Shown piece after piece: positions 34,577-43,552 of a stretch of DNA of 64,000 nt (the stretch's first letter is position 1; every line of letters begins with the position of its first letter). The notes below the pieces were generated by a model. It was not told the origin of the DNA. It was given only the letters and a program-made list of their open reading frames with translations, and did no database searches. The translations under genes and the position numbers were made by a program. Origin of the DNA: a virus (lineage: Duplodnaviria; Caudoviricetes); IMG/VR virus record IMGVR_UViG_3300044796_000401. The stretch is one strand, 5' to 3'.

Positions 34577-35303
34577 CTTGTCAGGTACTTGAAACTATCT
34601 GTGAATTGAAACATGCAGACAAGGGGCTTGGAAGCCGCGTGGAATATCTTGTCAGGTACTTGAAACTATCTGTGAATTGAAACCAAGTCACTTGCACGGG
34701 CTGCACAAACGGTTCCACCTTGTCAGGTACTTGAAACTATCTGTGAATTGAAACGTGAAAAACCTGCGCTCCCAGCTTCCGATTCCCGCTTGTCAGGTAC
34801 TTGAAACTATCTGTGAATTGAAACCAAGACACAAGGCACAGTGACCGTTCAGTCTTGCTCTTGTCAGGTACTTGAAACTATCTGTGAATTGAAACTGAGC
34901 CCCCATCGGGCGGCGTACCACGGGAAGGCCTTGTCAGGTACTTGAAACTATCTGTGAATTGAAACACGTTCTGCGCCACGTAGGATGCGGCCTTGTCGGC
35001 CTTGTCAGGTACTTGAAACTATCTGTGAATTGAAACATTTCCGTTCCGGGAATTTGCGACATCATGCCTGGCCTTGTCAGGTACTTGAAACTATCTGTGA
35101 ATTGAAACATTACCCGCAATGGGGCGGTGACCCCCGCATCGACTTGTCAGGTGCTTAAGACACCTGTGAATTGAAACATGTTATGCTGGTCTTACAACAG
35201 TTAGCCGCACTGCAAGGTGCGTGAATTGAAACAATCCCGAGGCGAATGGCAGGAAGCGGATCAAAGCGTAATGTTTGTCAGGTGCTTAAAACACCTGTGA
35301 ATT
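34577..35303 (+). CRISPR. CRISPR array: 8 identical 36-nt repeats, 3 divergent distal repeats, 10 spacers
   Basis: CTTGTCAGGTACTTGAAACTATCTGTGAATTGAAAC at 34577, 34648, 34719, 34789, 34860, 34930, 35001, 35073; variants at 35143, ~35213, ~35274; spacers 34-36 nt in the conserved part. Confidence 0.97.
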
Positions 35304-35392
35304 TTAGGAGTAGAAATCCTCTGGAAGTTGCAGAGGAACGATTTTATATTTGAATATTCGTAGAAAATTCTAAAGCTTGAGAGTGGGGTTTT

Positions 35393-35878
35393 ATGCCTTT
35401 TACTTCTCGTCATCTTGGCGAATTTTCTTATTGCCCCCGGCTCTTTTTTCTCGAAGAAATCGAAGGCTTCGATGCGGAGTCCTCCGACACCGAAACAGGG
35501 CATTATGTCCACCAACCCCATGAAGCCAAGGTTCGCGCTCGCCACAACGGTGGCTGTAATCAACCCCATGAAGTAAGAGTTAGATGCGGTCTTCAAAAGG
35601 CCGCAAACGGGCTTCTCGATAGAATACGTGCCTTGCCGCAAACCAAAGAGGCACAACGAAGGATGGGTCTCATCTATGGTCGCAAAAACGTCGAGAGCGG
35701 ACAGATCGCAAGTTTGAGAACACCCGAGCACCAAGCAAAAGCTGGTCGCATCGGCGGTTTTATCAGCCGCCACAACTGCTGGCATGTCAGGGGATTTTCT
35801 CGAATCGGCAAGTGGTATCCACCAAAGCCAAACCCCAAATGCCGCCTCTGTGCAGAATCCGCCAGTAAAAGTCTGTAA
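35393..35878 (+). pseudogene. cas4: Cas4 N-terminal remnant fused to a homing-endonuclease C-terminal module
   Basis: RHLGEFSYCPRLFFLEEIEG...DTETGHYVH then GRKNVESGQ...RHNCWH...PNPKCRLC; nuclease motifs absent. Confidence 0.65.
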
Positions 35879-35929
35879 ATCAACAGTTTGGGAGTAGCCA
35901 AAACCCCTCGACCCCTGTATACTGTAGGC

Positions 35930-36754
35930 ATGGGACGAAAACCATACATTCCGAAATCCGATCAGGACATCCGCGTCGTCAGGCTGTACAACGACGAGGT
36001 CACGATCACGTACAAAAACGGCCGTCACACCTACTCCGTTGAGGACCCGGCGAACGGCGTCAACGGTCTCGTCCTCAGCGTGACCCAAGTCCTGAACGTG
36101 CTAGACAAACCGGCCCTGGTATCGTGGGCTGTTAATTGCGGGGCGGACTATATCCGCTCCCGCTTCAAGGCGGGCGAGGAACTGTGGCTCACGCAGGAAG
36201 AGATCGACAGGATCGCCGATGGTGTCAAGTCGGCGCACCGCAAGGTCAGCAAGGCGGCTCGCGACATCGGCTCCGAGGCCCACGACTGGATCGCTTCCTG
36301 CATAGCCGCGCAGGCGGAGGGCGGGGATGCCCCCGTGCTTCCCGAGAATCCCGCCGTAAAAAATTGCTGCGTCGCCGCCAAGAACTGGCTCGCCGAAGTC
36401 GGGCTGCGCCCCATCGCAATAGAGGAAATCGTCTACAGCCGCAAGCACAAGTACCTCGGCTGCATGGACGCGGCGGGCGGGCTGGTGGAAATCCGCGGGC
36501 GGAAAGCCGTGATCGATTGGAAATCCTCCAAGGGGTTGTACAATGAGTACCGTTTCCAGCTAGCCGCCTATCGCAACGCGTACGAGGAAATGACCGGGCT
36601 GAGCGGATTCGACCGTTATGTCGTCAGGCTGGGCAAGAACGACGGGTCGTTCGAGCCGTTCTTGCTGCCGGACGAAGATTACGAAGGCGACTTGGCTGCG
36701 TTCCTCGGCTTGATCCCCGTGGCGCGGCGATTGAAGGAGTTGGGGTCGCGATGA
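35930..36754 (+). CDS. PD-(D/E)XK exonuclease (phage recombination type), probably leaderless
   Basis: SVTQVL..LDKPAL..W, G.EAH, E..VYS...Y.G.MD, VIDWKSS, QLAAY. Confidence 0.85.
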   Translation: MGRKPYIPKSDQDIRVVRLYNDEVTITYKNGRHTYSVEDPANGVNGLVLSVTQVLNVLDKPALVSWAVNCGADYIRSRFKAGEELWLTQEEIDRIADGVKSAHRKVSKAARDIGSEAHDWIASCIAAQAEGGDAPVLPENPAVKNCCVAAKNWLAEVGLRPIAIEEIVYSRKHKYLGCMDAAGGLVEIRGRKAVIDWKSSKGLYNEYRFQLAAYRNAYEEMTGLSGFDRYVVRLGKNDGSFEPFLLPDEDYEGDLAAFLGLIPVARRLKELGSR

Positions 36755-37617
36755 ACAAGGACAAGCAGAAGCGAAATCAGAATCGCCCGCAAAAACCGGG
36801 AGCACCATTCCAACCAATACTCGGGGGGGAAACATTCGGCGCTCTAACAGCCACAGGTCACAGCAAGCCCGGCGACAGGTCGGCAATTCCCCGCATTTAT
36901 CCCCAAGATGAAGTTGAGTGCGAGTGCGGCTGGGTAGGATGGATACACCACTCCCGTTTAATGGGCAAGAAGCCCCAGCAATCTTGCAGCAACACTTGCC
37001 TATTTAATTCACGCAAGAAGCCGCCCGTGAAAGGCGAGAAGTTTCATCATTTGACGGCGACGGGCAAGTGGAAAATGGAGACTACACCTAGTGGCTTCCG
37101 CTATATCGCTGCGGAGTTTGTCTGTGACTGCGGCAGACCCCCCTGCTGGAAGTCCTTCAACAATGTAAAGTTTGGTCAAGCCACGTCTTGCGACAAACGG
37201 TGCTCCTGCAACGGACTTCGCATTGGTGACCTTGCAGAGCAAAGAGACGCCTATCGTAACTACAAACGTGCCTGCCTTGTTCGAAACTTTGTCCCCCTTA
37301 CTTTTGAGGATTGGCTGTCTGTAGCAAAGCTGTCCTGCATTTACTGTGGCGCATTGCCAACACTCTACAAGGTAAACATGGGATTCAAAGGATTCGACCG
37401 GAAGCCATTTTTTCGTAATGGCATCGACCACTTTGACCCAAAGATAAAAGCCCCTGTGGGAAACTCCCTCCCGTGCTGCCTCCCCTGTAACCACGAAAAG
37501 AATGTGATGACCCCGCAAGAGTGGAAAGATCGCCTCATCCAGACCCGCGGGAAGACGAAGGCGACTAAGATTTGGCGGCGGGTGAAGGCTTTCCTGCGGA
37601 AGCAGAAGGAACAGTAG
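36751..37617 (+). CDS. HNH homing endonuclease with repeated N-terminal Cys modules
   Basis: CECG/CDCG modules; CIYCG...NGIDH...NSLPCCLPCNHEK. Confidence 0.82.
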   Translation: MNKDKQKRNQNRPQKPGAPFQPILGGETFGALTATGHSKPGDRSAIPRIYPQDEVECECGWVGWIHHSRLMGKKPQQSCSNTCLFNSRKKPPVKGEKFHHLTATGKWKMETTPSGFRYIAAEFVCDCGRPPCWKSFNNVKFGQATSCDKRCSCNGLRIGDLAEQRDAYRNYKRACLVRNFVPLTFEDWLSVAKLSCIYCGALPTLYKVNMGFKGFDRKPFFRNGIDHFDPKIKAPVGNSLPCCLPCNHEKNVMTPQEWKDRLIQTRGKTKATKIWRRVKAFLRKQKEQ

Positions 37618-37659
37618 CTATTTCGCTTCTGGATGTGGTACACTAGGAGTGGAGGAGTT

Positions 37660-37854
37660 ATGAGCATCAAAAGAGTTGTAGCCGTTCTGATTTTCATTCT
37701 TGTTTTAGCGGCGGGGGCTTGGGCTGGTTGGCCGTGTCCGATGCACCCGGCCTCACAGTGCAATACAGATGGTCAAGTTAAGTATCTCAACGGGCAACGG
37801 TGGGAACACTATCGCTGTGCCCCTTGTGGCGATTCTGGATGGAAACAAAACTGA
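37660..37854 (+). CDS. Small secreted Cys/His-rich protein
   Basis: Signal peptide, CPMH...C...HY.C..CG; GGAGG RBS. Confidence 0.65.
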   Translation: MSIKRVVAVLIFILVLAAGAWAGWPCPMHPASQCNTDGQVKYLNGQRWEHYRCAPCGDSGWKQN

Positions 37855-37879
37855 AGAGGATCGACCTTTGGGGGGCTCT

Positions 37880-38599
37880 ATGAAACTCGCAATCGCAATG
37901 ATCCTTGGATTGATACTTTGTGCATCGGCTGCGGGACAAACAACCCCGTCGTTGGCGGATACGGCGGCATTTCTCAACACTATGGGTGTCCCCGATGGAC
38001 ATTTTGTAACCGTTGACGCCTGTACTATGAGAGTTGGACAAGTTGATGCTGACGGGTTTCCCCTTGATGGCGGTGGAATGCTGCATTTGTCAGGCAACCG
38101 TGCCCAGCTTGCTGAGTTTGATCCGGTAAAAGGCTACTTGTGGTATGCTTGGAATCCAGAACCTCTTGCGGCAGAATTCAAACTGTCAGATATTGACACC
38201 ACCCACATCGGTTCTTTCGGGGTGGTTACGGTGGACATTTTTTTGGACAAGAAACTCCCTGAACTCCCTAAAGAACCTTCGCTTGATGAAGACCCCAACT
38301 TATTCGCTACACACATCAAGGAGTACCGCGCTGCACTCAAGGTATACCATGAAGCGCACCACCAATTTAACTCTTGGGCCGTAGTAATTGACACTAAGGA
38401 TCGCGTGAAAGCCATAAAAGAAACATACGTTGACGATCACAACCCCAACCCCCAAACTCCTCAGTATTGTAACTCCAGCGGAACGCATTTCTTCTTTTCC
38501 TCCAAAGACAGGGCGGAGAGATTTGTCACAGGATTGAAGCACGCCGCCGAACTTTGCGGGGGAGGACCGAGCCTTTTCCCGCCTACCCCTGCGAAATAG
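37880..38599 (+). CDS. Secreted hypothetical protein
   Basis: Signal peptide MKLAIAMILGLILCASAAG. Confidence 0.7.
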   Translation: MKLAIAMILGLILCASAAGQTTPSLADTAAFLNTMGVPDGHFVTVDACTMRVGQVDADGFPLDGGGMLHLSGNRAQLAEFDPVKGYLWYAWNPEPLAAEFKLSDIDTTHIGSFGVVTVDIFLDKKLPELPKEPSLDEDPNLFATHIKEYRAALKVYHEAHHQFNSWAVVIDTKDRVKAIKETYVDDHNPNPQTPQYCNSSGTHFFFSSKDRAERFVTGLKHAAELCGGGPSLFPPTPAK

Positions 38600-38645
38600 T
38601 TGCCGACGCCCCCGGCGTATGCTATACTGCTCTGGGAGAAGCAAA

Positions 38646-39299
38646 ATGGAAAAATCGGAGAAAAAAGCCCTTAGATACCTCAGGTTGATGTATCCGCAGT
38701 ATGAGTGGGCCAAGACCGCGGGGGGCGGATTTTTGGATTTTATGGGTTCACCTCCATCCGGCTCCACGTCTCCGACACAGCACGTTGAAAGCAAGTGCGG
38801 CTTGGACAAACTCCGCGATACTCAGATAAAGTGGGCTGCGGGCGACTTTGCTATGCGGGGACGCAGGTGCGTGGCTTACAGTCCCGACGAGAATTCCGGT
38901 CCGGTTTTTCTGTACCCATGGGATGACTATGTTCAAATGGAAAAAGACGGCACCCTTCCCCGTCCCCCAAAGAAAGCCAAGACTGAGCGGACTGTCCCCG
39001 AAAATAAAGAACAACCCGAACCCGCTAGCGAACCCCCCGCATCGGGCAACTACACCGCGGTGTGGACGGCCGAACTGGAGAAGATCGCCAAGGACAATCC
39101 GGGAAGTCTGAAGCGTCTGGTGGGAAAGCCGGGCTTCGGCTTTTTGCATCCAACGCTTGAAGACCTGAAAGAAAAACGGACAACGACATGGAAAAGGCAC
39201 GTTGTCGTGGATGGCGTTTATATCACTACAAACTTGAGCACCGCCGACAAGAAGAGGTACCTCAAGAAGATCGAGGAAGAGATAGCCCGCCCGCGCTGA
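38646..39299 (+). CDS. Hypothetical protein, possible PD-(D/E)XK nuclease domain
   Basis: GFLDF...HVESK...L..TQ.KW. Confidence 0.55.
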   Translation: MEKSEKKALRYLRLMYPQYEWAKTAGGGFLDFMGSPPSGSTSPTQHVESKCGLDKLRDTQIKWAAGDFAMRGRRCVAYSPDENSGPVFLYPWDDYVQMEKDGTLPRPPKKAKTERTVPENKEQPEPASEPPASGNYTAVWTAELEKIAKDNPGSLKRLVGKPGFGFLHPTLEDLKEKRTTTWKRHVVVDGVYITTNLSTADKKRYLKKIEEEIARPR

Positions 39300-39332
39300 T
39301 TTGTGTTATACTTCTTCCAGAGGAGCCCCACA

Positions 39333-39653
39333 ATGTCTTCTTTCTCTAAGCGGTTTCCCGACCTCCGACCCGGCGAGTACGAAGAGATCGGCGTCCCCGT
39401 TGGCATCCTGAGTCAATTGCCCAAGGGGATTTCCGTCCGCGTGTTCGCGACGCCCTCGCGCACCCACGCCAGCGAGGGATATTTTATCCAAGCCACAAAA
39501 AACGCCAAGGCGGGCTGGTCGAACAGGACGGCCACGATCCAATGCTCCTGTCCCGGCTCCATGCTGAGGTGCGCCCTTGTCCTTCTGGGGCTCGTCAAGA
39601 CCCCGTGCAGTCATGCGCGGGCATTGCGCATGGCGCTCAAGCGGGGATTGTAG
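39333..39653 (+). CDS. SWIM-like Zn-finger protein
   Basis: QCSCP...PCSH; AGGAG RBS. Confidence 0.6.
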   Translation: MSSFSKRFPDLRPGEYEEIGVPVGILSQLPKGISVRVFATPSRTHASEGYFIQATKNAKAGWSNRTATIQCSCPGSMLRCALVLLGLVKTPCSHARALRMALKRGL

Positions 39654-39741
39654 TAGCCGAAATCCCCCGGCCCCTGTATACTAGGGCAGTTAGTGCGACT
39701 GGCAACCCCACCGCACCGCAGAAGATTGGCAGGGGTAAATT

Positions 39742-40587
39742 ATGAAAAATACTTTGGTTCTGAACGATTGGCATGTGGGTAGCCCATTTGGGTTGCAACA
39801 CCCGAACTATGTGAACGTGGACGGCCAGCACATCGACCTGAGCCACGATTCTAAACAAGACTATCTCTATGACAACTTTGAAGACAAGCTGGAAAGCATC
39901 CGGCGCGACCACGAAATCCACTACATCCAATACATGGGCGATATTATCGACGGTCTTCCGGCGAAAGGCGATTTCACGGAATCCGCACTTCCGCGGATAG
40001 AAGATCAAATTCGCTGTGCACGGATGCTGCTTGAAGAGGTCCGCACCCGGTTCCCGAAAGCGATCTGGAATCCGTTTGTTTTTGGCACGAAGAACCACGA
40101 GAAACCCGAGGATACTCGCCGCCTCGCCATGGATTTCATCCGCACCAAATGCCGCATGACTTACAACATGCGGGTAGTTGAAGACGGGGCTGACGATGTT
40201 TTGGTCCGGTTCCACCACGAGGTCGGTTTCAGCGGCGCTGTGGCCGGACGTTCGGGTTCCATGGAACGGGAGATCGTCCAAGGCATGCTCGCCTACGCAG
40301 AAGGCTCCACGGAACGCTTCGATGCCGAGGTGCGGGGCCACGTCCACTACCACGCCCGCGTCTTGCAGCGGAACATTTGGCTGGTGACCGCTCCGAGTTT
40401 TCAAATCCAAAATCTCTACGGCACGAAACCCACGCCCAACCGTTTCCCGTCTCTGGGTTTCTTGGTTGTACATACGGACGGGCGGATGCGGCGGCACGGT
40501 CAAAATCCGGTGGATTTCACCGCCTACACCTTTAATCACCCCAAGACCAAGGCGACCACGCCGGAGGAAGAGAATGGCATTTCCTAA
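39742..40587 (+). CDS. Calcineurin-like metallophosphoesterase
   Basis: NDWHVG, MGDIIDG, GTKNHE, FHH, GHVH. Confidence 0.85.
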   Translation: MKNTLVLNDWHVGSPFGLQHPNYVNVDGQHIDLSHDSKQDYLYDNFEDKLESIRRDHEIHYIQYMGDIIDGLPAKGDFTESALPRIEDQIRCARMLLEEVRTRFPKAIWNPFVFGTKNHEKPEDTRRLAMDFIRTKCRMTYNMRVVEDGADDVLVRFHHEVGFSGAVAGRSGSMEREIVQGMLAYAEGSTERFDAEVRGHVHYHARVLQRNIWLVTAPSFQIQNLYGTKPTPNRFPSLGFLVVHTDGRMRRHGQNPVDFTAYTFNHPKTKATTPEEENGIS

Positions 40588-40825
40588 AACGCCCGGCAAG
40601 GTCATCCTGATCCCCAAGAACATTTGGGACACAACATTGGCGGAGAAACGCAAGCAGCAGCGCAAGGCGTTTGACAACAACAAGCCGCAAGAGCCGCTCA
40701 AGGTCCCGCCGAGGGCGGAGCCTGAGCAAAAAAAGTTTAGCAAGCCCGTGCCTTACGCAGCGCCGGATGGTCCGCAGTTTAGACAGCCGCCGCCGCGAAA
40801 ACGGTTCGGGCTGCTGAAGAAGTAA
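40574..40825 (+). CDS. Hypothetical basic protein
   Basis: GGAGG RBS, overlaps upstream stop. Confidence 0.55.
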   Translation: MAFPKTPGKVILIPKNIWDTTLAEKRKQQRKAFDNNKPQEPLKVPPRAEPEQKKFSKPVPYAAPDGPQFRQPPPRKRFGLLKK

Positions 40826-40847
40826 ATCTGACACGAAAAGAGGATGT

Positions 40848-41423
40848 ATGAAATACATAGTTGAAGTAAAGGGGATGGAAGGCTCCAGCCTTCTGTTCGG
40901 CAAGCACATCGAGTCCCCGAAACGAGATGGAGAAAACGAAGGAGCCTATGAAGACCGCGTATGGCGGGAACGCCTACACGTCGATTCCGAGGGCTTCGTT
41001 GTTTTCCCGGTCGAGGGTTTCAAGCGCTCGCTTGAAACCGGAGCCAAGGGAAAGAAAACCGGAAACGGCAGGCAGACTCTCACCGACTCGTTCCTCAAGG
41101 CGGTCGTGAGCAACAATGCCTTTGCCCAGATTCTCACCCCTAAGGGCAAGCCGATCAAGGCGGATAGCGTGGAACACCTCTGCTTGTTCGTTCCCAGCAA
41201 GGGCGAACGGAACGGCCCCAAGCGGGTCGCCAAGAACTTCCCGTGCATCCCTGAGTGGAAGGCGGCATTTCCCTTGACCGTGCTTCTCGACGACCTCATC
41301 ACCATGGACGCCATCAAGCGGGTTGTTCCCGATGCTGGGCTGCTTGAGGGCATCGGCTCCATGCGTGCCGGGAACGGCAACAATAACGGACGATACGAAC
41401 TCGTTTCCATCCGCAAGGCGTAA
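40848..41423 (+). CDS. Stand-alone Cas7/RAMP-like protein (191 aa)
   Basis: beta1 with G.SLLFG; GFVVFPVEGFKRSL resembles the RAMP P.IPGSSLKG helix; C-terminal Gly-rich loop AGLLEGIGSMRAGNGNNNGRY. Confidence 0.7.
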   Translation: MKYIVEVKGMEGSSLLFGKHIESPKRDGENEGAYEDRVWRERLHVDSEGFVVFPVEGFKRSLETGAKGKKTGNGRQTLTDSFLKAVVSNNAFAQILTPKGKPIKADSVEHLCLFVPSKGERNGPKRVAKNFPCIPEWKAAFPLTVLLDDLITMDAIKRVVPDAGLLEGIGSMRAGNGNNNGRYELVSIRKA

Positions 41424-42236
41424 ATCTGACGAGACCAGAAGCAGGGACTTTCGAGCCTCTGCTCCTGCTCTCAAGGCAGGAATCCGATCCGATCTGATGG
41501 GATACGACATGACAAGATGCGACTGGAACCGATATGATGCGACATGCTGAGATTAGAGGCAAGGGGCTTCGGCCCTTTGCTCCTGCTCTCAAAGGCAGGA
41601 CTTAGACCTGACCCGATAAAATACGATGTGATATGACCCGGTGGGACGTGACAAGACCCGACACGTTGAGATTCGAGGCAAGGGGCTTCGGCCTTTTGCT
41701 CCTGCTCTCAAGGCAGGCTGTGATTAGATAAGATATGATGGGACGTGACGGGACGTAACTTGACGCGCCAAGCTGAGATTCGAAGCAAGGGGCTTCGGCC
41801 CTTTGCTCCTGCTCTCAAGGCAGGCTGAGATAAGATGCGACGTAACAGGGTGTGATGTGACGTGATTTGTTAAGACGTGGCGGGACATGGCGAGACCAGA
41901 GGCAAGGGGCTTCGGCCCTTTGCTCCTGCTCTCAAAGCAGGAATCGTTAAGATAAGAATAGATGCGGCGCGATGCGATTCGATTGGATTGGAAGGGATTG
42001 GTTCTGATAGGTTGAGTTCAGAAGCAAGGGGCTTCGGCTCTTTGCTCCTGCTCTCAAAGGCAGGATGCGATTTGATTTGATTCGATTGGATTGGACAGGA
42101 TTGGACACGATGGGACCAGACATGTTGAGACCTGAAGCAAGGGCTTTCGAGCCTTTGCTCCTGCTCTCACGGATGGGATGCGATGTGATGGGACATGACG
42201 TGATGGGACTGGATAAGACGCGCTGAGACGAGACAC
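41424..42236 (+). repeat. 7-unit array: conserved ~45-50 nt double-hairpin block alternating with 13-16 in-phase GAY-NN pentamers
   Basis: Block GARGCAAGGGGC-TTCG-GCCYTTTGCTCCTGCTCTCAA(A)GGCAGG with GARGC at 41438, 41556, 41675, 41782, 41899, 42021, 42134; tracts unique in NN. Confidence 0.95.
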
Positions 42237-42237
42237 G

Positions 42238-42272
42238 AAAAAGGAGCCCAGAAATGGGCTCTTTTTTGTTTT
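42238..42272 (+). terminator. Intrinsic terminator closing the pentamer array
   Basis: GAGCCCA (42244-42250) / TGGGCTC (42255-42261) then TTTTTTGTTTT. Confidence 0.85.
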
Positions 42273-42517
42273 CCCAGTATTGTATCCCGAAGCGGAGACG
42301 CACAACGACGGATGCAGTGCGTGTCGATCCTCCATCGCCGGGAAGGAAAGATGATAAGCCTGAGATTCAAGTACTTGTTCCTCATCTGCCCCAACGGGTG
42401 CTACGCACGGGAGTTGCGCGCCATCGGCGGTAGGGCGGCATGCGCCAAATGCGGTTATTGGCTGCTCGTGCTCACGATTGACGACCTGCGGAAGAACGGT
42501 CCCCGGAAGGGGAAGAT

Positions 42518-42868
42518 ATGGACGAAGGTGAATCCGCTGTGGACCGGGGGAAAGTGCGAATAGCGTTTGCGGGGGACAGGCGCATGTCGCGCCAAAAACG
42601 GTCCATCAAAAACCGCAGAGTAAGCTGGCACGCCATCACCGTGCCGATGGGCGGGCGGACCTCAAAGGTTATCTACGTTACTGACAAGCAGCTTGCCCGG
42701 CTCAACGCCGTCCCGGTCGGCAAGGAAGTGTTCCTGAGCAACGCCTACTGCATGATCGGCAGCGGCTGGGTGATCCGCACCGTGGACGGGTTGCAACACA
42801 TGCCGTTCCCGAGCGGCGCGAGCAGGGACGAGGACGTTTGCCTGCTGGAAAATATGATGAAGGATTAG
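42518..42868 (+). CDS. Hypothetical protein (start uncertain)
   Basis: Phage-like codon usage in 3' part. Confidence 0.5.
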   Translation: MDEGESAVDRGKVRIAFAGDRRMSRQKRSIKNRRVSWHAITVPMGGRTSKVIYVTDKQLARLNAVPVGKEVFLSNAYCMIGSGWVIRTVDGLQHMPFPSGASRDEDVCLLENMMKD

Positions 42869-43000
42869 CCGTATCCTTTTGACTGCGTTGCAAGCCCTTT
42901 GCTTTTAATACAATACAGTAGAGGTAGTTAGAATCGCCCGGCCCCTGTATACTATTGTGGAAGTCAACCCACTTTCCCTTCACGGGTACGGAGGCCGTAA

Positions 43001-43552
43001 ATGAAAGACATAGTAGCAGTTCATGAAGCGGGTCATGCGGTCGTTGCCGCTTTATTGCATTTGCCGTTCGAATACGTTGAAATCTATGACGAAGCCGTTC
43101 CCCTTGAAGATGGATATGTAGGCGGACAAGTTTGCTTGAAATTTTCCCATCCGAAGACCGTCAGATGTTTTGTTAGGAGAGGAGAGGAGTATATTCCCAG
43201 AACAGAAGATGATCTTCGCAAGGCATACGCCAAAAAAGCCAAAAAATACATCGTTATGTATTTTGCCGGAATGGCAGCGGTTCGTCACTTCCCGGCGGTA
43301 TCGGAGGCGGAAATTTTGGAGGGGGGAACCAAGGATTTGGAGCAGATCAGGGATTGGAAAGCCGATGCGGGGCTTACGGACTTGGACGTGGAGCAATGCA
43401 AGCGGAAAGCGGAATCCTTGGTCCACAAACACTTTTTGGGCATTGGATGGGTTGCAAAGCTTCTGGCGGAGAAAAAACGGCTTACAAGCCGGGAAGTTCG
43501 GAAGAACATTTTGATGTGTTGGAACACGAGGAATTCGGCACGCTGGAGTTGA
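43001..43552 (+). CDS. Peptidase M41 (FtsH protease domain)-like protein
   Basis: VAVHEAGHAVVA, YFAGMAA, G..DL..I. Confidence 0.78.
   Translation: MKDIVAVHEAGHAVVAALLHLPFEYVEIYDEAVPLEDGYVGGQVCLKFSHPKTVRCFVRRGEEYIPRTEDDLRKAYAKKAKKYIVMYFAGMAAVRHFPAVSEAEILEGGTKDLEQIRDWKADAGLTDLDVEQCKRKAESLVHKHFLGIGWVAKLLAEKKRLTSREVRKNILMCWNTRNSARWS

Noticed and set aside
34613-35273. Self-targeting CRISPR spacers
   Set aside because: I noticed no match in this window, but could not search exhaustively; untested rather than excluded
41424-42236. Conventional CRISPR array or simple satellite
   Set aside because: Spacers are 65-80 nt with strict 5-nt internal phase and repeats are ~50 nt with two hairpins; unique NN content and a terminator argue against a satellite
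28760-42272. Diversity-generating retroelement or retron explaining the repeats
   Set aside because: No reverse transcriptase in the window and no adenine-specific TR/VR pair
41323-42394. Track ORFs overlapping the pentamer array
   Set aside because: Short, no RBS, low-complexity products of the repeat
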